64,000 nt of DNA from an uncultured candidatus Porisulfidus sp. (GTDB lineage: Bacteria > Pseudomonadota > Gammaproteobacteria > Poriferisulfidales > Oxydemutatoraceae), in NCBI GenBank assembly GCA_965215125.1, contig OZ244052.1, positions 1-64,000 on the forward strand, given 5' to 3'. Shown here one piece after another: positions 23,341-32,324 of the stretch. A program made the translations under genes and the position numbers. Every line of letters starts with the position of its first letter. Within the stretch, counting starts at the first letter, position 1. The notes beneath the pieces were generated by a model. The model was not told the DNA's origin and did not search any database. It saw only the letters and a program-made list of their open reading frames with translations.

Positions 23341-23563
23341 CCCACAGGGAAGGAATGAATTAGTGCAGACACGCTCACAACCACCCCGTCAGGCTACGCC
23401 TGCCACCCCTCCACAGGAGGGGAATGTACTAGTGCAGACACGCTCACAGCCACCCCGTCAGGCTACGCCTGCCACCCCTCCACAGGAGGGGAATGTACTA
23501 GTGCAGACACGCTCACAACCACCCCGTCAGGCAGAGCTTGCCACCCCGCCACAGGCGAGGAAT
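23341..23563 (+). repeat. Tandem array of 69-nt REP-A units (three full units plus a partial)
   Basis: Units begin GTGCAGACACGCTCAC at 23363, 23432 and 23501; the third is diverged. Confidence 0.9.
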
Positions 23564-24265
23564 AAAATCATCAAAGCATGGCTTGTGGGGATGCTGTCTT
23601 TATGTATGACCTTGCTCCATGCAGACGATGCCACAGAAGAAGGCGATTGTCCTATCGTGATGCCTAACTTTGACAATATGATGCTTCTTACCAGAGAAGA
23701 ACGCATACAGCTGATGGATCAAGCACTGAAAGATGCACTCGCTCAAGTACAGGATTGCCGACAAACGATCAGCGATGTACAAAAGCAGGATACTAGCAAT
23801 GCCGATAATTCTACAAGCATAAGTACCGATAACAATACAGACCAAGCAGATAATGCCGAATCCGAACAAAGCGATGCCCAAGATCAACAACCCGCCACAC
23901 CGAGCGGTGAGCTATCCGGTAGCGAAGTCTCCGATGATCCCAATGAACCGGTCAATATACAAACACCGGAAGTTGCAACACCGAGCGGCGAATTGTCGGG
24001 TACCGAACCACCGAAAAACCTGCAAACCGGCAACGAAGATGCCATACGCGCTTCACCCGAAGACGACCCCCCTACCCCGTCCACTACCGAAGATAATAAA
24101 AAGACATTAAGCAACGGTAAATTGCCCGAAGATATACCGCCGGCAGACAATGATGATATAATTGCTAAACAGATTAGAGAAGCTGCACTTGCAGAACCCG
24201 ACCCTGAGAAACAGGCAAAACTATGGAATGAATACCGCCGTTATAAGGGTATTTCAGAAAAATAG
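23363..24265 (+). CDS. Secreted acidic low-complexity protein (start uncertain: GTG at 23363, 23432 or 23501)
   Basis: Signal-like KIIKAWLVGMLSLCMTLLHA, Cys pair, D/E/S/T-rich linker with ATPSGELSG twice, helical C-terminus DDIIAKQIREAA..LWNEYRRYK; first gene of the envelope operon. Confidence 0.7.
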   Translation: MQTRSQPPRQATPATPPQEGNVLVQTRSQPPRQATPATPPQEGNVLVQTRSQPPRQAELATPPQARNKIIKAWLVGMLSLCMTLLHADDATEEGDCPIVMPNFDNMMLLTREERIQLMDQALKDALAQVQDCRQTISDVQKQDTSNADNSTSISTDNNTDQADNAESEQSDAQDQQPATPSGELSGSEVSDDPNEPVNIQTPEVATPSGELSGTEPPKNLQTGNEDAIRASPEDDPPTPSTTEDNKKTLSNGKLPEDIPPADNDDIIAKQIREAALAEPDPEKQAKLWNEYRRYKGISEK

Positions 24266-24285
24266 ACTTGAAAAGGAGACCTAAA

Positions 24286-25554
24286 ATGTGTTACCGCAGC
24301 AACAAAAACAGCCTTACTGCCTCACCGGCGATATTTTACCTATTGCTGAGTGTTACACTCTTATTAAGCGGATGTTATGCAACTACGGGTTCCTCGTTAT
24401 CAAGAGGCTCGGTGACCGAGGTAGGACCGGAAAGCTCGTCAAAGATAATGAGCACATCGAAAAAGCGGTCGTTGTCGGTGCGATCAATACAAAAAGAATT
24501 AGAAGTCATCGTACCCGTTTTTGATCCGAATATACCCGAGGATCCCGATACCTGGGAAAAAAAAGGTATATGGCCGGAACTACGCCGAGTAGAATCGATA
24601 AACTTTGCTCTGAAGATGAAAAAGGCTTTGGAGGATACCGAGCAACTCGGAGCGGTTCGAGTCACACCCGACCAAAAAGTGAGCGGCGACCTTTATGTCA
24701 TCGGCACAATCGACAAATCAAACGGTGAGGATGTTGCGATTAACATCAAAGTCGTCGGCATAGACGGTACAAGCTGGCTCAACAAAAACTACAAACATCA
24801 AGTGGACGAGTATTTTTACACCAGTATACGCAATCAGGGTAAAAATTCTTATGACCCGGTATTTGAACAAGCGGCAGCCGATATAGTCAAGCAACTGCGC
24901 AATAAAGATCAAAGCTATTTGAAGGAGCTCAATCGACTAACCGAAGTGCGCTTTGCCTATTCGATGTCCGACGAGAGTTTTGAGCAATTTTTAAAGTTCA
25001 GAGGTAGCCGCGTAGAGCTGATACAAGCTCCTGCCGACAACGACCCGATGTTTAAGCGTATCCATCAATATAGAGTGGAAGACCAACTCTTTACCGACAA
25101 GATGCAGCAATACTATTACGATTTCGACCAAAAGGTAGAAGTGTCGTATAAAGCCTGGCAAGAAGCCGCTTTTTCGGCATCCAAAGCGAGCCGTGAGGCT
25201 AAAAGCAAGGCAACATGGCAGGCTTTGGCAGGTATTCTTGCCATCGGTTTAGGTGCGGTTGCCGCCTCCAACAATAATAACTACTCAGTTGGAACGGTTG
25301 CATCGGTCGGGGCAATCACCACCGGTGCCGTATTGCTGTCGAGTAGTGTACAAAACTATAGAGAATCCAAATTTCATCATGAGACCTTGATGGAATTGGG
25401 AAAATCCGTAGATGTAGAAATCGCTCCTCAAGTCATCGAATTCGAGGAAAAAACCATAGAACTGACCGGGGATGCCACTGCGCAATTCAACCAATGGCGC
25501 GCCGCATTGAGGCGAATATACGCCGAGGAACAAACTCCCGACATACAACTCTGA
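24286..25554 (+). CDS. Uncharacterised lipoprotein with C-terminal glycine-zipper-like segment
   Basis: SD AAGGAG before ATG 24286, lipobox LLSGC, hydrophobic GILAIGLGAVAA...VGAITTGAVLL. Confidence 0.75.
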   Translation: MCYRSNKNSLTASPAIFYLLLSVTLLLSGCYATTGSSLSRGSVTEVGPESSSKIMSTSKKRSLSVRSIQKELEVIVPVFDPNIPEDPDTWEKKGIWPELRRVESINFALKMKKALEDTEQLGAVRVTPDQKVSGDLYVIGTIDKSNGEDVAINIKVVGIDGTSWLNKNYKHQVDEYFYTSIRNQGKNSYDPVFEQAAADIVKQLRNKDQSYLKELNRLTEVRFAYSMSDESFEQFLKFRGSRVELIQAPADNDPMFKRIHQYRVEDQLFTDKMQQYYYDFDQKVEVSYKAWQEAAFSASKASREAKSKATWQALAGILAIGLGAVAASNNNNYSVGTVASVGAITTGAVLLSSSVQNYRESKFHHETLMELGKSVDVEIAPQVIEFEEKTIELTGDATAQFNQWRAALRRIYAEEQTPDIQL

Positions 25555-25585
25555 GGATACCGACTCGTAGAACGATTTTGAGCCT

Positions 25586-27073
25586 TTGGATAACTATCAA
25601 CTCAAAAGCGGAAAAAGAACTCAACGACATTCTTTAATCGTCAACCTCATCGGCGGCGCGATATTACTTGTTATTGTCATTTTAGTCCTGTTGTACGGGC
25701 GTATTGAACCGATCTATATACCCGAAGCGGAGGAGCAAACTTCGGATGATGGTATCGATGAATTATTGCTTGACGACGAACAACGCAAAGAGAAAATCAC
25801 CGATGATACTATCGGTGAGTCGTCGAACGACGAACAACGCGAGGCATTGCGACAAAAATATATCGCACAAATGAACCGCTACGAAAATGAAATCAAACCT
25901 CGGATCAACGCACTTAATCTCGCCTTATGGTCACCTGAAAACGCATCGGAATTACAAGCAAAAGAACAGGCAGCAATCAGGGCATTTGCCGAAAACCAAT
26001 TCGCAGTAGCATTGACACACTTGGATAACTTATTTGAAAAAGTAGCTGAATTACAATTACTTCAAAAACAAAACTTTGAATCGGCTTTAAGTAATGCCGA
26101 GCAGGCATTTGTGGCAAATCAGATAGTGCAAGCGCAATCTGCAATCAACGAGGCATTACGCTATCTACCCGAGGCATCGAAAGCATTGCAATTAAAGGAA
26201 CGGATAAGTACGATGGAAGCGGTTGCCATACTCATCAAACAAGCCGATATCGCCCGTATTGAGAACAATACCGGCGAAGAGATTAATCTACTAGAGCAGG
26301 CAATCGAATTAGATCCTTATCGTGGCACTTTAATAGAGAGACATAAAACACTGATAGCCAAACAACGCCAACAAAAACTTGACGCTTTGCTACAACAAAC
26401 ATCGCAAGCACTGGACGATAAAAACATCAAAACAGCTCGGACATCGCTTATGCAAATCAAGCAGATGGATGCTAATCATCCGTCTCTAAACCCGCTCACC
26501 GCTAAACTTAAGCAAATCGAAACCGAACTATCCTACCAAAATCTGATTACACAAGCGAAGTCATCGGCAAATACGGACAACTGGCAATCTGCCGAAAACT
26601 ATTATCGGCAAGCACTGGAGATATATCCCGATAACAAAGACACCGAAGACAATTTGCAACGCGCGATGCAGATCAACCGCTACACCGGTATAATCAAACA
26701 AGTACTGGCAAAGCCCGAACGCCTGGCTGACGAGCAAATCGCAGCAGCGATGAAACAAATAGCCGATGACAGCACTCTATCCGCGAAGTACAGCGCACAA
26801 CTACAACAGCTTGTCGTGCGGCTAAACGATGCAATAGCAGAAATGTCTAAACCGGTTGCGGTTACCGTCTATTCCGATGAAAAAACCTATGTGTCGGTAC
26901 TCGGAGTCGGTGTCATCGGAAAAGTACGAGAATATAAATTAAAAGAAGGTTTGAAACCGGGACGCTATCGGTTCAAAGGAGAACGCAAAGGCTATCAAGA
27001 CAAACTCGTTGAAATAGAGATAAAGCCGAATCAGCCGGCAACCGTCAAGGTTATCTGCGATGAAACTATCTGA
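25586..27073 (+). CDS. Membrane-anchored helical/TPR-like protein with C-terminal PEGA-like domain
   Basis: One N-terminal TM helix, AENYYRQALEIYPDN TPR-like repeat, C-terminal LKPGRYRFKGERKGY. Confidence 0.7.
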   Translation: MDNYQLKSGKRTQRHSLIVNLIGGAILLVIVILVLLYGRIEPIYIPEAEEQTSDDGIDELLLDDEQRKEKITDDTIGESSNDEQREALRQKYIAQMNRYENEIKPRINALNLALWSPENASELQAKEQAAIRAFAENQFAVALTHLDNLFEKVAELQLLQKQNFESALSNAEQAFVANQIVQAQSAINEALRYLPEASKALQLKERISTMEAVAILIKQADIARIENNTGEEINLLEQAIELDPYRGTLIERHKTLIAKQRQQKLDALLQQTSQALDDKNIKTARTSLMQIKQMDANHPSLNPLTAKLKQIETELSYQNLITQAKSSANTDNWQSAENYYRQALEIYPDNKDTEDNLQRAMQINRYTGIIKQVLAKPERLADEQIAAAMKQIADDSTLSAKYSAQLQQLVVRLNDAIAEMSKPVAVTVYSDEKTYVSVLGVGVIGKVREYKLKEGLKPGRYRFKGERKGYQDKLVEIEIKPNQPATVKVICDETI

Positions 27074-29063
27074 GGCACATTTCCGTAGACAGAGAAGGTC
27101 TTTTTGGCAAAAGATTATCGCAACCGGTGGCGTGGCAATCATCGCAGTCGTTGCCCTATTCGTATTTATTTTTTGGGTCAAAGCGGTTGTTGTTGAAGTA
27201 TTACCCGAAGCAGCGGCAACCGATGCCGAGCGTGTATTAAGCGGTTGGGGATGGGTACAACAAGATAAAGTTTATTTATTATCGCCCGAAGCAAACTTGG
27301 AAGTTTCGGCATCGGGTTTTATCGGTGAAACGATTCGCTTGGAGCGTCGCACACTTGCGCGGCGCATCGTCGTTGAACTCAAAGAAGCACCGGCTCTGAT
27401 CAAAGCAACCGCAACACCTGCCGATCCTGACATACAATGGCGAATTGACTCGGAATATATTGCATCGGGACCCCAACTACAGGCACCCGTTGAACCCGGC
27501 ATGCATACCGTGGAAGTCGTGCATCCTTACTATCAACCGCAAGAAGCCTCGGTTGATTTGATGCGCGGCGACGAACGGATACTTGAATTTGTTTTAGTAC
27601 CGGTGCAAGGTTTACTTAGTATAAATTCCAAACCCAAAAGTGTGCCGATTTTATTGGACGATATATCGGTAGGACAAACCCCTCTCTCGTTGGACAGACC
27701 CGGTGGTAGCTATCGCTTGCGTATAGAGACATCCGACTTTGAAAGCATCGACGATACCGTTGAAATCACCTATGCGCAGCCGGTTGCCGAAAGAAATTAT
27801 AGGCTGATTTATAAAAAAGCCCTACTCACACTCACACTCCGACCACCCGGCGGACAGTTGCTGATTAACGGCAAAATATCGCCTACCGATACGATGCCGC
27901 TGGAATTGGAAGCGATGCGTGAAATCGTCATTACTTATACCAAGCCCGGCTACTTAGCAAAAACGATCAAACGTACCTTTGAGCCGGCGCAACAAGAGAA
28001 TATTTCCATATCACTACAAGCGGAATTCGGTGAAGTGATTATCAATGCAAGCCCTCAGGCAGACATCAAAATAGATGATGAGGCAATAGGGAAAACACCT
28101 CAAACCCTTACCCTAATTGCATTGCCTCATACGGTGCGCCTCTCTAGACCCGGCTATCGTGCAATTCAAAAAGTCATTCGCCCGAACAGCCGAAATCCGA
28201 TACGAATTGACGAAACATTGCTCACCGAGCAGCAAGCAATCTTAGCAGAAAGCCCGGCCATTGCCAAAAATTCTATAGAATTGGAACTGGTATTATTCAA
28301 ACCCGACGAAAATATCATATACGAATTGGGCGCACATCGTAGCGAACAAGGTCAGCGTGCCAACGAGATTCTGCGTAGCGTGAGCCTTGATAGACCTTTT
28401 TACATCAGCCGCAACGAAATATCCGCCAAACATTACCATACCTTTAACCGGCAAATTTCACCGTCGGAACTTGCGATCAACAATATCTCTTGGGGTGAAG
28501 CGGCACTTTTCTGCAACGATTTGAGCGCACAGGAAAACTTGCCGCCGTTTTATATCGCCGATAACAATATCGTCACAGGCTATAACCCGAGCAGTATCGG
28601 TTATCGTTTGCCTAGCGAGGCGGAATGGGAATGGCTCGCACGCTATGCAAACCGCAGTGCCTCAACCCTGTTTATCTGGGGTAATCAAACAACACTCCCT
28701 AAAAATGTCGGCAACCTCGCCGACGAAAGTGCTAAAAATAATGTCGCGTTCTACATTCCCAACTATAACGACGGTTATCCGAAGCTGGCACCGGTCGGTT
28801 CGTTCAAACAGGACCGCGCCGGTCTGCACGACCTAGTCGGCAACCTCAGCGAATGGGTTCACGATGTCTATTCGGTAGAGATACCTTCAAAACCGTTGCG
28901 CAACCCCTTGGGCATGGCAAATAATACCAGTCAGAGCGGTCATGTCGTCAAAGGTTCCAGCTGGCGTTCGGGGACTTTATCGGAACTACGCTCCGCCTAT
29001 CGCCAGCGAGCTGTCGGTAAATCCGACAGTATAGGCTTTCGCATCGCCCGCTACATCTATTGA
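27060..29063 (+). CDS. PEGA-repeat protein with C-terminal FGE-sulfatase (SUMF1-like) domain
   Basis: TM anchor; PEGA-like GQTPL and GKTPQ..RPGY; FGE motifs RLPSEAEWE, GLHDLVGNLSEW, KGSSW, IGFR. Confidence 0.85.
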   Translation: MKLSEAHFRRQRRSFWQKIIATGGVAIIAVVALFVFIFWVKAVVVEVLPEAAATDAERVLSGWGWVQQDKVYLLSPEANLEVSASGFIGETIRLERRTLARRIVVELKEAPALIKATATPADPDIQWRIDSEYIASGPQLQAPVEPGMHTVEVVHPYYQPQEASVDLMRGDERILEFVLVPVQGLLSINSKPKSVPILLDDISVGQTPLSLDRPGGSYRLRIETSDFESIDDTVEITYAQPVAERNYRLIYKKALLTLTLRPPGGQLLINGKISPTDTMPLELEAMREIVITYTKPGYLAKTIKRTFEPAQQENISISLQAEFGEVIINASPQADIKIDDEAIGKTPQTLTLIALPHTVRLSRPGYRAIQKVIRPNSRNPIRIDETLLTEQQAILAESPAIAKNSIELELVLFKPDENIIYELGAHRSEQGQRANEILRSVSLDRPFYISRNEISAKHYHTFNRQISPSELAINNISWGEAALFCNDLSAQENLPPFYIADNNIVTGYNPSSIGYRLPSEAEWEWLARYANRSASTLFIWGNQTTLPKNVGNLADESAKNNVAFYIPNYNDGYPKLAPVGSFKQDRAGLHDLVGNLSEWVHDVYSVEIPSKPLRNPLGMANNTSQSGHVVKGSSWRSGTLSELRSAYRQRAVGKSDSIGFRIARYIY

Positions 29064-29083
29064 ATATTTGATATACTGCAACT

Positions 29084-29224
29084 ATGAAATACAGCTTTAA
29101 GAAAAAGTACCGTGTAGCAATCATCGTAGCGATAGTCCTATTGCTCGCCGGCATCGCGATTGCCGGCATCGCCGGCTATTCCTTAAGCCTCAATTCGCCG
29201 GCGACCTTTCCCGTAGATATCTAA
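29084..29224 (+). CDS. Small single-pass membrane protein, 46 aa (absent from the ORF track)
   Basis: MKYSFKKKYRVAIIVAIVLLLAGIAIAGIAGYSLSLNSPATFPVDI*; fills the operon gap and ends 2 nt before the next start. Confidence 0.7.
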   Translation: MKYSFKKKYRVAIIVAIVLLLAGIAIAGIAGYSLSLNSPATFPVDI

Positions 29225-29226
29225 GC

Positions 29227-30006
29227 GTGCCGATGTCCAAGCTAATTAAAAGCCTTATTGCGTTGATAATATCGGTGCTGTTCGTGCATTTGATTTATAT
29301 CGGTTTCATTCTTCCCAATGCCGATATTGCGATTGAATTTGCAGAGCAGCAAGGGCAAGCGGTGCCTCGCAACCTTTTCGTAATCTTAAAGGATTTGGAG
29401 CAGGAAATCTGCCTTATTCTAATGTTATGGGGAACTTATTTGATAGTCGGAAAAATTATCGCAATCGGCAAAGATCGCTACTTATTTGACGAAAGTTTGG
29501 TGGATTTCTCCAAGATAGAAAACGGCAATAAAATTGAAATTGCCAAAGCAGCGCGCGATCAGTTGAACACGCTACCGACCGACATCGTCAAAACTTCTTT
29601 AGTACAAACATTACTCGTCGGTTTAGATCGTTTTCTAATTACCAAAGATGTGCATTACACTGCCGAAGCCATAGACGCAAAAATGGATGCACTGGTGCTA
29701 GGTATAGAGGCAGAAAACTCGATGATACGCTATTTGATTTGGGCAATTCCTTCAATCGGGTTCATCGGCACGGTGCGCGGCATCGGGCAAGCCTTATCGC
29801 AAGCCGACCAAGCCTTAGCGGGAAATATCGCCGGGATGACGAATAGCTTAGGCGTGGCATTCAATTCTACTCTGGTTGCGCTCGTTATTAGTATATTTCT
29901 GATGCTTTTGCTACACCAGTTACAAAGAATACAAGACGGCTTGATCGTCGATATCAGAGCTTATTGCGAAAAGCACATCATGAATCCGATAGGGCAAAGC
30001 GAATAG
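29227..30006 (+). CDS. MotA/TolQ/ExbB proton-channel family protein
   Basis: WAIPSIGFIGTVRGI and GVAFNSTLVAL TM motifs. Confidence 0.88.
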   Translation: MPMSKLIKSLIALIISVLFVHLIYIGFILPNADIAIEFAEQQGQAVPRNLFVILKDLEQEICLILMLWGTYLIVGKIIAIGKDRYLFDESLVDFSKIENGNKIEIAKAARDQLNTLPTDIVKTSLVQTLLVGLDRFLITKDVHYTAEAIDAKMDALVLGIEAENSMIRYLIWAIPSIGFIGTVRGIGQALSQADQALAGNIAGMTNSLGVAFNSTLVALVISIFLMLLLHQLQRIQDGLIVDIRAYCEKHIMNPIGQSE

Positions 30007-30023
30007 TTGGTGCAGATACGCTA

Positions 30024-30071
30024 TAACCACCCCGTCAGGCTTCGCCTGCCACCCCTCCACAGGAGGGGAAT
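30024..30071 (+). repeat. REP-A copy between the ExbB-like and first vWA gene
   Basis: AACCACCCCGTCAGGCTTCGCCTGCCACCCCTCCACAGGAGGGGAAT. Confidence 0.85.
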
Positions 30072-30082
30072 GGACTAGTGCA

Positions 30083-31153
30083 ATGCGACATCTAAAAAGA
30101 AAAACCGAAGGATTCAATATCGCCTTCTTGGATGTCATGTCGTGTGGCTTGGGGGCTGTCATATTAATACTGATGCTGGTCAAATATCAAACCGAATTAC
30201 CCGACCGGCAATCGTCCGCGTTGCAAGCCGATATCGCAACTTTGGAACAGCAAAACCGGCAATCTAAGCAAACCGTAGAGACACTGCAAACTCAAACCGA
30301 CGATACCCAAGCCGAACTTGCACAACTCAATGCACAACTAGTCGGTTTGGTGACAAACATCAATAACCAAAAAGACACGCAACAATCATTAAAAGCGCAA
30401 ATCGCAAAACTTCAATCACAAGCAGATACGCCTACACAAGCCCCCTCCGCCCCGGTGCCGGTGGTCAACAAAGGCTTGGAAGATTACCTGCTGGGATTAG
30501 AAGTAAAAGGGAGAAGGATCGTCATACTGGTAGACAGCAGTGCCTCGATGACCGAAGAGCGGCTAATAGATGTCATCAGATATAAAGTCGCATCCGCACA
30601 AGAGCGTCAGCAAAGCCCGAAATGGCAACGCACTTTGCGGATTGTAGAGTGGTTGGTTGCCAAAGTACCCGAAGGCAGCGACTATAAAGTGATCCGTTTT
30701 TCCGAAAATGCCTCGGTCGTCGGTGGGAGTGCTTGGAAAAAAGGAGCGGTTCCCAAAGATGCAGCAACGGTGTTGTCCGATTTTAAGCAAATCGTACCCG
30801 AAGGCGGCACAAATCTGCATGCGGCCGTTGCATTGATGCGTAGCAGTGCCGCAGGTTTCTCGAATGTCTATCTGCTAACCGACGGCTTGCCTACGCAAGG
30901 AAATACCGGAAGGATAAGAGCAGTCGCTTCGTTTTTCAGAGGCTGCGCTTCTATCACCGGCGGTGCTAAAAAAATCAGCGGTAAATGCAGGGTCAGGTTA
31001 CTCAACGATATAGTCGCATCGTATAAAGAACGCGCAGAAGTCAATGTTATCCTCCTCCCGTTGGAAGGCGATTCTTACGCAGCCGGTGCTTTTTGGCAAT
31101 GGACGGCTAGAAGCGACGGCTTACTCATATCCCCCGAACATTCGTGGCCATGA
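30083..31153 (+). CDS. vWA-domain protein with ExbD-like TM anchor and coiled coil (paralog 1)
   Basis: NIAFLDVMSCGLGAVILILML TM containing Asp; Q-rich coiled coil; MIDAS DSSAS, GGTNL, LLTDGLP. Confidence 0.82.
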   Translation: MRHLKRKTEGFNIAFLDVMSCGLGAVILILMLVKYQTELPDRQSSALQADIATLEQQNRQSKQTVETLQTQTDDTQAELAQLNAQLVGLVTNINNQKDTQQSLKAQIAKLQSQADTPTQAPSAPVPVVNKGLEDYLLGLEVKGRRIVILVDSSASMTEERLIDVIRYKVASAQERQQSPKWQRTLRIVEWLVAKVPEGSDYKVIRFSENASVVGGSAWKKGAVPKDAATVLSDFKQIVPEGGTNLHAAVALMRSSAAGFSNVYLLTDGLPTQGNTGRIRAVASFFRGCASITGGAKKISGKCRVRLLNDIVASYKERAEVNVILLPLEGDSYAAGAFWQWTARSDGLLISPEHSWP

Positions 31154-32094
31154 AAAGACGCTCGCGCAATTTCCAGATATTCAACCTATCCTTTTTGGAT
31201 GTTATCTCGTGTGGTTTCGGTGCCGTCGTGCTGTTGGTATTGCTTTCCAAATCGACGATCGGCGGTGGCACGATCGATATAGACCGTATCTCGGAACTGC
31301 TCAAAACATTTACTCAAACGCAAGCACAAAGTGCCGAGCTTGAATCCCAATCACAACAACTCTCGTCCACGATTGACGCACAAATAGATAAAGAGACGCA
31401 ACTTCAAAGTGCGATTGAAAAAGCAAGTCAAACGCTCGCAACGCTACAATCGGAGAACTCAACCTTGCAGACGGAGATTGCCACACTGCAACAAAAAACA
31501 AATCCGCCTTCGGCAACGATGAGCGTAGATAGAAATGTTGAAGACGAAGTCTACGCCGGCGGTATACCGGTAGATGCGAATTACATTGTTTTTATAGTAG
31601 ATACCTCGGGTTCTATGTTAGAGATTTGGGTTAAAGTAATGAAAGAAATGGAAAATATACTCAACATACATCCCAAAGTGGAGGGCTTCCAAATCCTCAA
31701 CGACAACGGCATACATTTGATTTCCGCTTATAAAAGAAAATGGATCAACGACACACCCAGCCTGCGCAGACGCGTACTGCAATTACTACGCTCGTGGCAG
31801 GCATTCTCTAATAGTAGTCCGGTAGAAGGTTTGCAAGAAGCCTTAAAACTCTATGTGAAGCCAAATATGAAAGTATCAATCTATATTTTAGGCGACGATT
31901 ATACCGGTTCATCTTACGACCCGGTATTGCAAACAATCACCGGACTCAATACCGATAGAGGAACGGGCAAGCCTATTGCTCGCATCCACGGTATCGGTTT
32001 TTATAACCAACAAGGCGGCGATATACTTCGTCTTTCCACTTTGTTGCGCGAGGTTGCCAGACAAAGCCGTGGTACTTTTATTGCGTTGGATTGA
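31150..32094 (+). CDS. vWA-domain protein with ExbD-like TM anchor and coiled coil (paralog 2)
   Basis: ATGA overlap with the previous gene; NLSFLDVISCGFGAVVLLVLL; MIDAS DTSGS, ILGDD. Confidence 0.82.
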   Translation: MKRRSRNFQIFNLSFLDVISCGFGAVVLLVLLSKSTIGGGTIDIDRISELLKTFTQTQAQSAELESQSQQLSSTIDAQIDKETQLQSAIEKASQTLATLQSENSTLQTEIATLQQKTNPPSATMSVDRNVEDEVYAGGIPVDANYIVFIVDTSGSMLEIWVKVMKEMENILNIHPKVEGFQILNDNGIHLISAYKRKWINDTPSLRRRVLQLLRSWQAFSNSSPVEGLQEALKLYVKPNMKVSIYILGDDYTGSSYDPVLQTITGLNTDRGTGKPIARIHGIGFYNQQGGDILRLSTLLREVARQSRGTFIALD

Positions 32095-32137
32095 TTATCG
32101 GGTGGTTTGCGTGGTTGACTTATGCAGAACCGTTGCA

Positions 32138-32318
32138 ACCACCTCATAAAAAGGCTTACATTTTGTATATATGCTGGGGTTCTGCACAATGTCACGCCGT
32201 TTGTCTTTGCTATTCGTATTATTTCTAATAGCCATAAATAGCTGAATCTTGTATAAGGTAGCGTTCCTTGTGCTACTGCAACAAGGAACGGTTATTTGCA
32301 ACAAACGGCGGTTCTATT
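32138..32318 (+). repeat. Repeat B copy with expanded, nested hairpin, between convergent genes
   Basis: Same B leader; outer stem CGCCGTTTGT/ACAAACGGCG encloses inner stem CGTTCCTTGT-GCTACTGCA-ACAAGGAACG. Confidence 0.75.
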
Positions 32319-32324
32319 TTGTCT

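Noticed and set aside
23341-23563. Possible CRISPR array
   Set aside because: The sequences between repeats are near-identical rather than unique spacers, the unit is the dispersed REP-A, and no cas genes are present.
27060-29063. Diversity-generating retroelement target (FGE/CLec fold)
   Set aside because: No reverse transcriptase and no adenine-variant template repeat of the 3' end were seen in the window.
29227-32094. Zorya ZorAB or standard ExbBD/TolQR
   Set aside because: The channel lacks a long cytoplasmic tail, the partners carry vWA rather than OmpA-like or ExbD domains, and zorC/D/E, tonB and tolA/B are absent.
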